A program made the translations under genes and the position numbers. From assembly GCA_044350895.1 (NCBI GenBank), contig JBILGT010000006.1, positions 1 through 47,889 on the forward strand: DNA of 47,889 nucleotides. The letters are read 5' to 3'. The DNA is from Limisphaerales bacterium (lineage in GTDB: Bacteria; Patescibacteriota; Microgenomatia; UBA1400; PJMF01). Of this stretch, positions 15,822-24,395 are shown piece after piece. Each line of letters begins with the position of its first letter. The stretch's first letter is position 1. The notes under the pieces are model-generated. The model saw nothing but the letters and a program-made list of their open reading frames with translations, was not told the DNA's origin and ran no database searches.

Positions 15822-16085
15822 CTACTTCTTCTTTGCTGGCTTTTTTTTATTTGAAAGTTTTTTGTATACGAAGTATGAAACTAATGAGCTAGGAATGAGC
15901 GGTCCAAATAGTAAAGAGTATCCAAGAATGTTACAAAACTTTGACATAGGTGTTGGAGGATATACTATTACTCTTGAAAAACAAGTTAAAACATCCTGAT
16001 TTAGCATTGAAACCAAAAAGAATATAACGGTAAAAACCCACCAAGAAAAGAAAGCTGTTAGCAACGTTACAAGAATTTTCTTCAT
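15822..16085 (-). CDS. Array member F: small 2-TM protein, C-x15-C loop, KKPAKKK tail
   Basis: 87 aa; 50/87 identical to member A without gaps. Confidence 0.8.
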   Translation of the reverse strand: MKKILVTLLTAFFSWWVFTVIFFLVSMLNQDVLTCFSRVIVYPPTPMSKFCNILGYSLLFGPLIPSSLVSYFVYKKLSNKKKPAKKK

Positions 16086-16112
16086 TGAATAACTATATAT
16101 CTTCCCACCTGC

Positions 16113-16871
16113 CTACTTCAACTCCAGCCGTGCAAACCGATTGCGCGTAAAACTATCTGTAAAGACATCCACTGCATACATATCAAAAAACTCACTAAAA
16201 TCTTGTGCAGTATGCGTATAGTCCACTTCCAGCAACACAATGCCATGTGGTTGCAATAGAGTTGCAGCTTGATGCAAAAACTTACCAATGAGTGTCAATC
16301 CTTCAGGTCCACCATCCAGCGCAATGAATGGCTCATGATCTTTGACTGATTCATCGAGGACGGCAATACGTGCGGTGGGAATATACGGAAGATTGCTCAC
16401 CAGAATATCAAACTTCACGTCTTTTGGAAAACTATCCAGCAAATCGCTGGTAAGAAATTTGACCTGAGGTTCTGCATCTCCCAGCAAGTTTTTGGCATTC
16501 TCGCGAGCCACACTCATAATATCTTCAGTAACATCAGAAGCATACATACGCACATTTTTATTATGCAGGTGTTTGGCGAGTGTGATGGCAATTGCTCCAG
16601 CCCCAGTCCCAATGTCACCAATCACGAGCGGTCGTTCATCTGAAATAAGCTGGAGCTTTTCAGTGGCTGCCTGCAGTGCCAAATCTACCAGTTCTTCTGT
16701 TTCAAGGCGGGGGATAAGTACCCGTTTATCAACATGGAACTGGAGCCCACAAAACTCAGCCACTTCAGTCACATATTCCACAGGCTGTGTGCCAATGTCA
16801 GCATCTGTATATGGTCCACTCTTGCCATGACGTGCAAGCTGCGTTTGTTCATACGGGGAAAGTTGTCTCAT
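16113..16871 (-). CDS. prmC: Release factor glutamine methyltransferase (HemK/PrmC)
   Basis: QPVEYV..EFCGL, VLIPRLETEELV, DIGTGAGAIA, SNLPY and ALDGG. Start placed at ATG 16871 (TATAAT 9 nt upstream). Confidence 0.88.
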   Translation of the reverse strand: MRQLSPYEQTQLARHGKSGPYTDADIGTQPVEYVTEVAEFCGLQFHVDKRVLIPRLETEELVDLALQAATEKLQLISDERPLVIGDIGTGAGAIAITLAKHLHNKNVRMYASDVTEDIMSVARENAKNLLGDAEPQVKFLTSDLLDSFPKDVKFDILVSNLPYIPTARIAVLDESVKDHEPFIALDGGPEGLTLIGKFLHQAATLLQPHGIVLLEVDYTHTAQDFSEFFDMYAVDVFTDSFTRNRFARLELK

Positions 16872-17002
16872 ATGCAGCAAATTATACTGTGAATTAGACA
16901 CTAAACTGATGGTAAATTTCTGCTTGCCAAGATGGACACTTTGCGTATACACTGTGACCCACAGTAAATTGCTCTTCACTCAATTTATATTAGAAAGGCT
17001 CT

Positions 17003-17785
17003 ATGAAGCAGGAATCTCCGTATTCGTACAACGCGTTTGTTGAATTTATTCAGGCAAACTTTGCGCTACTTGTTGTTGCCGCACTCTTTTTTGCCGGTGG
17101 TTTTTTCTTTGGTTCACTTTGGACTGAAAACAATCTTCGCAAAAATGGCGGTGTCGCCGCAGTCGCTGGTGCTCCAACAGCCGCAGCTCCTGATGCTGCC
17201 GCAGCAGGTCCAACAGGTCCTACTCCAGAACAGCTGAAGACCATGCCTGAGCTCACTAATAAAGATCATGCAATTGGTGCAAAAAATCCAACTATTACAC
17301 TGGTTGAGTATTCTGACTTTGAGTGTCCATTCTGTTCTCGTTTTCATCCTACTACCAAACAAGTTTTGGAAGAGTATGGTGACAAAGTACAGCTCGTCTA
17401 TCGACACTATCCATTACCATTCCATCCTAATGCTCAAAAAGCTGCTGAAGCTTCAGAGTGTGTGGCCAAACTGGGTGGCAATGATGCATTCTGGAAGTAT
17501 GCTGATGCAATATTTGCAAAGCAGACTGAACTTGGTGGTCAACTGAATCCAGCTGCCATTACTGATGCAGCTGCCGCAGCAGGTGTGAATGCCGCTAGTT
17601 TCAAAACCTGTCTTGACAGTGGTGAGATGGCCGCAGCCGTCAAAGAAGACATGGACGGTGGAGCCGCAGCAGGAATTAACGGTACTCCAGGCACAATGAT
17701 CGTTACAGACGATGGTGTCCAGGAACTCATTCCAGGCGCTTATCCATACGAGCAAGTGAAGACTATGATTGATAAATATCTCTAA
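17003..17785 (+). CDS. DsbA-family thioredoxin-fold protein, membrane anchored
   Basis: EYSDFECPFC, YRHYPL, GINGTPG; N-terminal TM. Confidence 0.9.
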   Translation: MKQESPYSYNAFVEFIQANFALLVVAALFFAGGFFFGSLWTENNLRKNGGVAAVAGAPTAAAPDAAAAGPTGPTPEQLKTMPELTNKDHAIGAKNPTITLVEYSDFECPFCSRFHPTTKQVLEEYGDKVQLVYRHYPLPFHPNAQKAAEASECVAKLGGNDAFWKYADAIFAKQTELGGQLNPAAITDAAAAAGVNAASFKTCLDSGEMAAAVKEDMDGGAAAGINGTPGTMIVTDDGVQELIPGAYPYEQVKTMIDKYL

Positions 17786-17808
17786 AAAGATAGTTTAAAA
17801 AGAAATTG

Positions 17809-17838
17809 AAAAGCCAGGCTGTGAAGCCTGGCTTTTTT
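17809..17838 (+). terminator. Intrinsic terminator
   Basis: AAAAGCCAGGCT-GTGA-AGCCTGGCTTTTTT. Confidence 0.85.
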
Positions 17839-17908
17839 GTCTAGCTTTTTGTGGCTTGTATCAAGTAGAATACGAACGTGTGCAGATGCACAAAGATAAA
17901 GGAGTTTT

Positions 17909-18343
17909 ATGCCATTACGAGATGATCTGATGCAAGATATGAAGGATGCAATGCGTGCTCATGATTCTTTGAGACTCGGCACGATTCGTTTCTTGCTCTC
18001 ACAAATTAAAAATGTAGAAATTGACAGTGGTGCACAAACAGATGCGCAAGTTCAGGATATTGTCCGCAAACAAATTAAGCAGATGAAAGAAGCCGTCGTT
18101 GAGTATGAAAAGGGTGGCCGCACTGATCTCACCGAAGAAGAAAACAAAAAAATTGCTGTGCTCCAAAAATACTTACCTCAGATGATGGCAAGAGAAGCAG
18201 TCGTAGCAATTGTTGAAAAAGTTATCGCCGCCAATCCTGGAATGCAAATGGGACAAGTAATTGGTGCTGTAAAGCAAGAAACTCAAGGTCTCGCTGATGG
18301 CAGTGAAATTGCAGCGATTGTTAAAGAAAAATTAACTGCGTAA
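17909..18343 (+). CDS. yqeY: GatB/YqeY domain protein
   Basis: DMKDAMRAHD..RLGTIR...YEKGGRTDL...E..VLQKYLP...MGQVIG...ADG. Confidence 0.9.
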   Translation: MPLRDDLMQDMKDAMRAHDSLRLGTIRFLLSQIKNVEIDSGAQTDAQVQDIVRKQIKQMKEAVVEYEKGGRTDLTEEENKKIAVLQKYLPQMMAREAVVAIVEKVIAANPGMQMGQVIGAVKQETQGLADGSEIAAIVKEKLTA

Positions 18344-18354
18344 TCTACATACAT

Positions 18355-18999
18355 ATGCGTCAAAAAACAGTTGGTGAGCTGCTCAAAGAAGAACGGCTGA
18401 AGCATGCGTTGAGTGTGCCTGAGCTTTCCAAAAAAACTCGCATACGTGTTGAGTATTTGGAGGCTTTAGAAGCCAATCAATTTGAAAAGCTTCCTGCTGC
18501 TACCTTTGTCAAAGCATATATAAAAATTTACGCCTCGCTCTTTGAGTTTGAATATCAACCGCTGTTGCGATTACTGCGCCGAGATTTTAAAGAAAGTGCT
18601 CGTGGTACGCTGGTGCCACAAGACTTTTTGACACCAGTCCTCAAAAAAAGACGCTTTGTCACGCCAGTTGCACTCACTGTGGCAATGCTTGGTGTTGTCT
18701 TTATTACGATTCTTGGGTACATCGGATACCAATGGTATCAACTCCAGCAGCCACCAGCGCTGTCAGTGACACAACCTGAAGAGTTTTCCTCAGTGGGGCC
18801 ACAAGTGCGCGTCACAGGGACAACAGAACCTGATGTAGTGGTAACTGTTGATGCGCAGCCAGTTTCACTACAGCCAGATGGCAGTTTTACTAGTGAAGTT
18901 TCCTTTGCCAAAGAGGGAATTACAACTATTATGGTGGAAGCAAAAGATCCACGAGGGAAAGTGACGCAGTTGGAGCGACACGTGCAGGTTCAGTTTTAG
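18355..18999 (+). CDS. RodZ-like HTH membrane protein with C-terminal Ig-like domain
   Basis: VGELLKEER...TRIRVEYLEALE.N.FEKLP..FVKAY; TM; Ig-like tail. Confidence 0.8.
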   Translation: MRQKTVGELLKEERLKHALSVPELSKKTRIRVEYLEALEANQFEKLPAATFVKAYIKIYASLFEFEYQPLLRLLRRDFKESARGTLVPQDFLTPVLKKRRFVTPVALTVAMLGVVFITILGYIGYQWYQLQQPPALSVTQPEEFSSVGPQVRVTGTTEPDVVVTVDAQPVSLQPDGSFTSEVSFAKEGITTIMVEAKDPRGKVTQLERHVQVQF

Positions 19000-19060
19000 A
19001 CGAATATTGGCTTTTAAAGAGAGAATTTCTAAGGTACAATTACGACAAGCGAGGTTTTCT

Positions 19061-19324
19061 ATGGAAGTACTACCCACAATTTTTGCAGTTGTTCTCATCA
19101 TCATCACTATTGTCCTGACAGTAGTTGGAATACAACTTGTTATGGTTCTGATTGAATTGAAGAAAACAATTCAAAAAGTTAATACTACAATTGATAATGT
19201 CGAATCACGATTTAATTCTGTTATTGTTCCATTGCAGAGTCTTGGTGGTGCCGCTTCGGGTCTTCGCACTGGAATGCGCGTTTTTGAAACATTCGTTGGT
19301 TGGTTAAATAGAGACAAAAAATAA
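19061..19324 (+). CDS. DUF948/YoxC-like membrane protein
   Basis: N-terminal TM plus coiled coil; adjacent to a YtxH-like gene. Confidence 0.6.
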   Translation: MEVLPTIFAVVLIIITIVLTVVGIQLVMVLIELKKTIQKVNTTIDNVESRFNSVIVPLQSLGGAASGLRTGMRVFETFVGWLNRDKK

Positions 19325-19325
19325 T

Positions 19326-19673
19326 ATGCAAGAAAATAAGGAATCAGGTTCCTTCATTACTGGTTTTGGCATGGGTCTTTTAGCTGGTACTGCAGCATAT
19401 TTTCTCTTTGGCACTGAGCAAGGTAAAGAATTACGCAAAAAAGCACTCAGTGAGTGGGAAGAAGCCCAGTCACACATTAGTGATAAATCAGGCATTGAAG
19501 TGCCCAAAAAGTTGCGACAAGTATTACAAGAAGTAGTTGGCTACTTTGCTTCCACACTCAAAGAAATGCAGGAGTTACAGGATTCAAGTGATTCCTACAA
19601 AAAAGGTTCACCCCCACGTGTCAAAAAGCCAGAAGTTAAAACCAAATCAAACTCTAGATTCAAAGGCCTGTAG
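19326..19673 (+). CDS. YtxH-domain protein
   Basis: FITGFGMGLLAGTAAYFLFGTEQGKELRKK. Confidence 0.75.
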   Translation: MQENKESGSFITGFGMGLLAGTAAYFLFGTEQGKELRKKALSEWEEAQSHISDKSGIEVPKKLRQVLQEVVGYFASTLKEMQELQDSSDSYKKGSPPRVKKPEVKTKSNSRFKGL

Positions 19674-19703
19674 ATCGAGAGTCATGATACAATTTCACCA
19701 CGT

Positions 19704-21614
19704 ATGATGACACCAACACAAATTCGCACTAGCTATTTATCTTTTTTAGAAAAACAGGGGCACGCCATTATTCCATCTTCTCCAATGGTGCCTGAAAATG
19801 ATCCCACTACACTGTTTACTGGCTCAGGTATGCAGCCAATGATCACCTATTTGCTCGGTGAACCACATCCAAAGGGCAAACGCATTGCAGATAGTCAAAA
19901 ATGTTTCCGTTCTCAAGATATTGAAGAAGTAGGTGACAATCGTCACACTACATTTTTTGAGATGCTTGGAAATTGGTCACTTGGAGACTACTTCAAAAAA
20001 GAACAACTGCGCTGGTTTTTTACTTTCCTGGTAGAAGAAGTTGGACTTGAACCTGAACGCCTCTTTGTCACGGTATTCCGCGGCAATGATACGTTGGGTA
20101 TTCCTCGTGATACAGAATCTGTTTCCATTTGGCAAGAACTTTTCAAAGAAAAAGGTATTGTAGCAAAAGACGTAGACTTTGCTGACCGCGATGGCATGCA
20201 AGGTGGACGGATCTTTTACTACGAAGAAAAGAAAAACTGGTGGTCACGCGCTGGCGAGCCCAAGAAAATGCCAGCTGGCGAACCAGGCGGTCCAGACAGT
20301 GAAACATTCTACGACTTTGGCGTAGAACTACAGCTCCATGAAAATTCACCATGGAAAGATGAACAGTGTCACGTCAACTGTGACTGTGGTCGTTTCCTCG
20401 AAATTGGTAACTCTGTCTTTATGCAGTATCAAAAGCAAGCTGATGGCTCTTTTACTGAACTGCCACAACGTAATGTAGATTTCGGTGGTGGACTTGAGAG
20501 AATTGCCGCAGCAGCCAATGGTGATGGCGATGTTTTCAAAACAGCCATCTTTACTCCAATTATCACAAAACTTGAAGAAATTTCTGGTTCATCATATGAA
20601 AAAAGTGAAGAAATCAAACGGTCGTTCCGCGTAATTGCCGACCATATGCGGGCAGCGGTTATGCTCGGTAGTGATGGTGTCTTTCCTTCAAATAAAGAAC
20701 AAGGTTATTTTGCTCGCCGCTTGGTGCGTCGCAGTATTCGCTATGGCAAGATGATCGGGATTGAACGAGCATTTTTGGCTGAATTAGTGCCAGTGATTGC
20801 TGAGCTCTACAAAGATGCCTATCCAGCTGTGGCAGAAAATCAAGAAAAGATTGCTCAAATTTTGTCACAAGAGGAGCAGAAGTTTGCCAAAAGTATCGAA
20901 AAGGGATTGAAGGAAATTGAGCGGATGCAGCAAATTATAGTAGGTCCGGAAAAGGCAGTTTTCACTGTTGATGCAGCATTTAATCTCTATGAAACCTACG
21001 GCTTCCCAGTAGAACTGAGTGTCGAAATTGCTCAAGAAAAGGGTATGCAACTCGTGCCTGCCACAGACTTTTTGGAAGAGTTCCAGAAGCGTCGTGATGC
21101 GCACTCAGCCAGTTCTCGCACTGCGTCTGCTGGTAAGTTCAAAGGTGGACTCCAAGATCAAAGTGCTGAAACTGTTAAGTTCCACACTGCCACCCATCTC
21201 TTGCATGCTGCACTGCGCAAAATTTTGGGTACGCACGTTCAGCAAAAAGGTTCCAACATCACTGCTGAGCGTCTTCGCTTCGACTTTTCACATCCACAGG
21301 CTGTGACGGAATCAGAATTACAGGCGGTACTTGCTCAAATTAATGATTGGATTGCTCAAGATCTACCAGTGACCCGACAAGTAATGCAAAAAGATGTTGC
21401 TTTACAATCAGGTGCTATAGCTTTTTTTGTGGAGAAATATCCTGATGAAGTGAGTGTCTACACAGTGGGCAAAAATCCTGAAACTGACTGGATCTCCAAA
21501 GAATTGTGTGGTGGCCCTCATGTAGAGCACACTGGCGAAATTGGTCAGCTCAAACTTAAAAAAGAAGAAGCTGTTAGCGCGGGAATTCGAAGAATTTATT
21601 TGCAGTTTGCGTAG
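19704..21614 (+). CDS. alaS: Alanine--tRNA ligase (lacking the C-Ala domain)
   Basis: DPTTLFTGSGMQP, HTTFFEMLGNWS, DFGGGLER, HTATHLLH and ELCGGPHV. Confidence 0.96.
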   Translation: MMTPTQIRTSYLSFLEKQGHAIIPSSPMVPENDPTTLFTGSGMQPMITYLLGEPHPKGKRIADSQKCFRSQDIEEVGDNRHTTFFEMLGNWSLGDYFKKEQLRWFFTFLVEEVGLEPERLFVTVFRGNDTLGIPRDTESVSIWQELFKEKGIVAKDVDFADRDGMQGGRIFYYEEKKNWWSRAGEPKKMPAGEPGGPDSETFYDFGVELQLHENSPWKDEQCHVNCDCGRFLEIGNSVFMQYQKQADGSFTELPQRNVDFGGGLERIAAAANGDGDVFKTAIFTPIITKLEEISGSSYEKSEEIKRSFRVIADHMRAAVMLGSDGVFPSNKEQGYFARRLVRRSIRYGKMIGIERAFLAELVPVIAELYKDAYPAVAENQEKIAQILSQEEQKFAKSIEKGLKEIERMQQIIVGPEKAVFTVDAAFNLYETYGFPVELSVEIAQEKGMQLVPATDFLEEFQKRRDAHSASSRTASAGKFKGGLQDQSAETVKFHTATHLLHAALRKILGTHVQQKGSNITAERLRFDFSHPQAVTESELQAVLAQINDWIAQDLPVTRQVMQKDVALQSGAIAFFVEKYPDEVSVYTVGKNPETDWISKELCGGPHVEHTGEIGQLKLKKEEAVSAGIRRIYLQFA

Positions 21615-21635
21615 TGAGTGTATACTACTCGTGCA

Positions 21636-22100
21636 ATGAGTGAAGAACTAGACATCCCTACAGACCCAACACAGGAAAACGCTATTCCATCTCCAGATGA
21701 AGAAGAAAATCTGCAGGAGGTGTTGACACTTCTTCAAGAAAAATGCCAACTGCTGGTCGATGAAGCTGCGTTTGGCTTTGTTTTACTTTGTCTTTTATTT
21801 GGTTTAACAGCACTGCATGGGGTACTTGTTGTAAACGGTGTCAACCGAGTGCTCGATGAGTTGGCAGAACATATTACCACCGAAACAATTGCTCTCAACG
21901 CAGCACTTTTGGTAGCTGCTGTTCCAATTATTTATTTGAGCAAGACAATTTTTGACCAATGGAGACAAGACATGCTCCAAATTGCTGACCGTGAAGAACT
22001 ACCAGCTCGAGTATCAAAGATTATCAAAACTGCGTTACGCGGTGACAAAGAAGTAACTGCTGATTCAACCGATAATTCCAGCATTGGTGGCGATGTGTAA
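21636..22100 (+). CDS. Hypothetical 2-TM membrane protein
   Basis: Acidic N-terminus and two hydrophobic helices; TATACT 9 nt upstream of ATG 21636. Confidence 0.6.
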   Translation: MSEELDIPTDPTQENAIPSPDEEENLQEVLTLLQEKCQLLVDEAAFGFVLLCLLFGLTALHGVLVVNGVNRVLDELAEHITTETIALNAALLVAAVPIIYLSKTIFDQWRQDMLQIADREELPARVSKIIKTALRGDKEVTADSTDNSSIGGDV

Positions 22101-22188
22101 TCTCCTTAGACTCTAGTCTTTTCAGCAAAAATTTGCTTTAATTGATGTGTACTGGGCTGACAGCCCACGCTATTTTACGTGGAAAACT

Positions 22189-24384
22189 ATGGACCTGCCA
22201 AATATATTTTCACAATCGACTGAAATGGACGTTAAGTTACTGATCTGTACGATCATGACTGACACAACCTTGCAGTCACTGCTTGTTAAAGTTTCTACTC
22301 AAGGTGCAAAAATTCTGCACAGATCTTCTGTGGTTGTTTACTCTGATGAGCTGACTGCAGTCGTGAAAATGGACGAAACACTCCAAGAACTGGGTGAAGA
22401 ATCTGAAAAAGTGACTGAAATCATTTTTGCACTTGATCCTTCTTGGCTCAAAAATGGTGACGTTGTATCTGCCAAAAAACCACTGCTCCACAAAATTGTT
22501 ACAGATTTGGCATTGCGACCCGTCGGTTTTGTAGTAATTTCCGAAGCATTAGTCCAACACTCAATCAACCATAATCCGCATTTTTCAGCTATTTTGTTAC
22601 TTTTGAATCAAAGCAACATCACCGTTACTGTTGCTACTCAAGGAAAAATTGTTTCTACACAAACAGTCGGAAGATCGAGTGACACAGTCGCAGACCTCAA
22701 AGAAGCATTTGCTCGGTATTTGCAAGAAAATGGAGAAGCACATCTTCCTGGAAAATTAATGTGTGCTTCGTTTGCTTTGACTGAAGAAGAATTGATCGGC
22801 TGTCAGCAAAAATTACTTGACGCCACCTGGGGAGATAAAATTCCATTTGTACAGACACCCACTATTGATGTCGTAAAACCAGATCTGGCAGTGAGCATTA
22901 TTGCACAACAAGCAGGCCAGGCTATTACCGCTATAGTGAATCCACAATCTGATGTGGTCCCGGCCGATAACTTTGACTTTGCAGCAGTTTCTACTGAGAA
23001 GCTCAAATCTACAAAATCAGAGGAACGAGCAGTTGAAGTAGATCATCAGACACTACCTACTTCATTTGGTATCCCAATCAAACACAGCATGCTAAAAGAT
23101 GCTACTCCAGAGGATGAAGAACGTCCTGAACTGGCTGTTGAAGTGGATGAACCTATCAGAAAACAAAAAAAATCATTCATGAGTAAGCTCTTTGGCAGTA
23201 GTAAGAACAGCGGTCACCACAAATATAATCCCAAAATATTTATTGGTGCAGGATTTGTGGCTGGACTACTGGTACTTGTTGTTAGTGGGTATGTTTGGTT
23301 GTTTTTCTTTAGTTCTGTAACAGTACGCTACAAACCTGTTGCAAAAGCTATTGCCAAAGAAGTCTCACTGACGCTTGATCCAAGCATTACTGAACCAGAT
23401 GCAGCTGCTCTTGTTATCCCAGGCAAAAAAGTTACTGTTGACCTTTCGCAGTCCACTGATGGCACAACAACCGGTATAAAAATCGTGGGTGATAAAGCAA
23501 AAGGTGAAGTTGTCGTATACAACAAAACAGATTCTCAAAAAACATTTGCAGCTGGCACAGTGTTTTCTTTCGATAAACTGCAGTTTACTTCTGACAAAGA
23601 TGTCACTGTTCCAGCCGCTATTACAAAAGAAGAAGGTAATCAAAAAACGACAACCTATGGCGAAACTAAAGTCCCAGTTACAGCGTATGTGATTGGTGTA
23701 GAAGGTAATATTCCCAAAGATTCTGAGCTCGGTGTCGCAAGCTTTGATAAAACGAGTTATACCTCCAAAGTTGTGGCAGATTTTACAGGAGGAACAAGCA
23801 GAGAAATTAGAGTTGTATCCAAAGAAGATCGAGAACTTCTCTTGAGTGAAGCCAAGAAAGCGATGCTAACTGAAGCAGAGAAGCAGTTTGAAGAAAAGTC
23901 GGGGAATGGTATCTACATTTTACCTACAACTGAACTGGTAATTTCCAAGGCAGTGTATTCGGCTGAGCTAGAAGCACCTACTGAGGAACTTGCCCTTAAA
24001 CTTGATGGAACAGTGACTGCGCTTTCGTATGATGTAGCAGATTTGAAGCCTATTTCACAGGCCGTTCTGAGTGACCAAGTTCCTGAGGGATACCAACTAT
24101 CAAGTGAAGATCCAGAAATTCTTTCAGCTCCAGCAACAACATCAAAAGACTCAAAAGCCGTTACGTTGCTTGCTAATATTAGCTCTCAAGCAGTACCTAA
24201 AGTTGAGAGTAGCGCAATTCAGTCTGAACTTGTGGGTATGTCAATAGAAAAAGCACAAGAGCACCTCCAAAATAAAAAAGTTGTAACCAACGTTGAGTTC
24301 ATTTTTAATCCGCCAATAGCACAAAAAATTGTGGGAAGACTACCTAAAAACGCCAGCAGGATTACTGTTGAAGAGAAAAAGTAG
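22189..24384 (+). CDS. Membrane protein with extracellular baseplate J/gp47-like domain
   Basis: Cytoplasmic N-terminal domain, central TM, then KAKGEVVVYN...GTVF...F...DVTVP...GNI...FTGG..R.V...D. Confidence 0.65.
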   Translation: MDLPNIFSQSTEMDVKLLICTIMTDTTLQSLLVKVSTQGAKILHRSSVVVYSDELTAVVKMDETLQELGEESEKVTEIIFALDPSWLKNGDVVSAKKPLLHKIVTDLALRPVGFVVISEALVQHSINHNPHFSAILLLLNQSNITVTVATQGKIVSTQTVGRSSDTVADLKEAFARYLQENGEAHLPGKLMCASFALTEEELIGCQQKLLDATWGDKIPFVQTPTIDVVKPDLAVSIIAQQAGQAITAIVNPQSDVVPADNFDFAAVSTEKLKSTKSEERAVEVDHQTLPTSFGIPIKHSMLKDATPEDEERPELAVEVDEPIRKQKKSFMSKLFGSSKNSGHHKYNPKIFIGAGFVAGLLVLVVSGYVWLFFFSSVTVRYKPVAKAIAKEVSLTLDPSITEPDAAALVIPGKKVTVDLSQSTDGTTTGIKIVGDKAKGEVVVYNKTDSQKTFAAGTVFSFDKLQFTSDKDVTVPAAITKEEGNQKTTTYGETKVPVTAYVIGVEGNIPKDSELGVASFDKTSYTSKVVADFTGGTSREIRVVSKEDRELLLSEAKKAMLTEAEKQFEEKSGNGIYILPTTELVISKAVYSAELEAPTEELALKLDGTVTALSYDVADLKPISQAVLSDQVPEGYQLSSEDPEILSAPATTSKDSKAVTLLANISSQAVPKVESSAIQSELVGMSIEKAQEHLQNKKVVTNVEFIFNPPIAQKIVGRLPKNASRITVEEKK

Positions 24385-24395
24385 CCTGAAGAGTC

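Noticed and set aside
14219-16085. Diversity-generating retroelement or integron as the source of array variation
   Set aside because: Differences between A and F involve all four bases rather than adenines only; no reverse transcriptase, integrase or attC-like GTT/AAC sites are visible in the window.
14219-16085. Array members as type IV pilins
   Set aside because: No class III signal (G|FxxxE) is present; similarity to VirB2-type pilins cannot be supported by eye.
22189-24384. Prophage or contractile injection system
   Set aside because: No other phage, sheath or tube genes; the gene sits among housekeeping genes.
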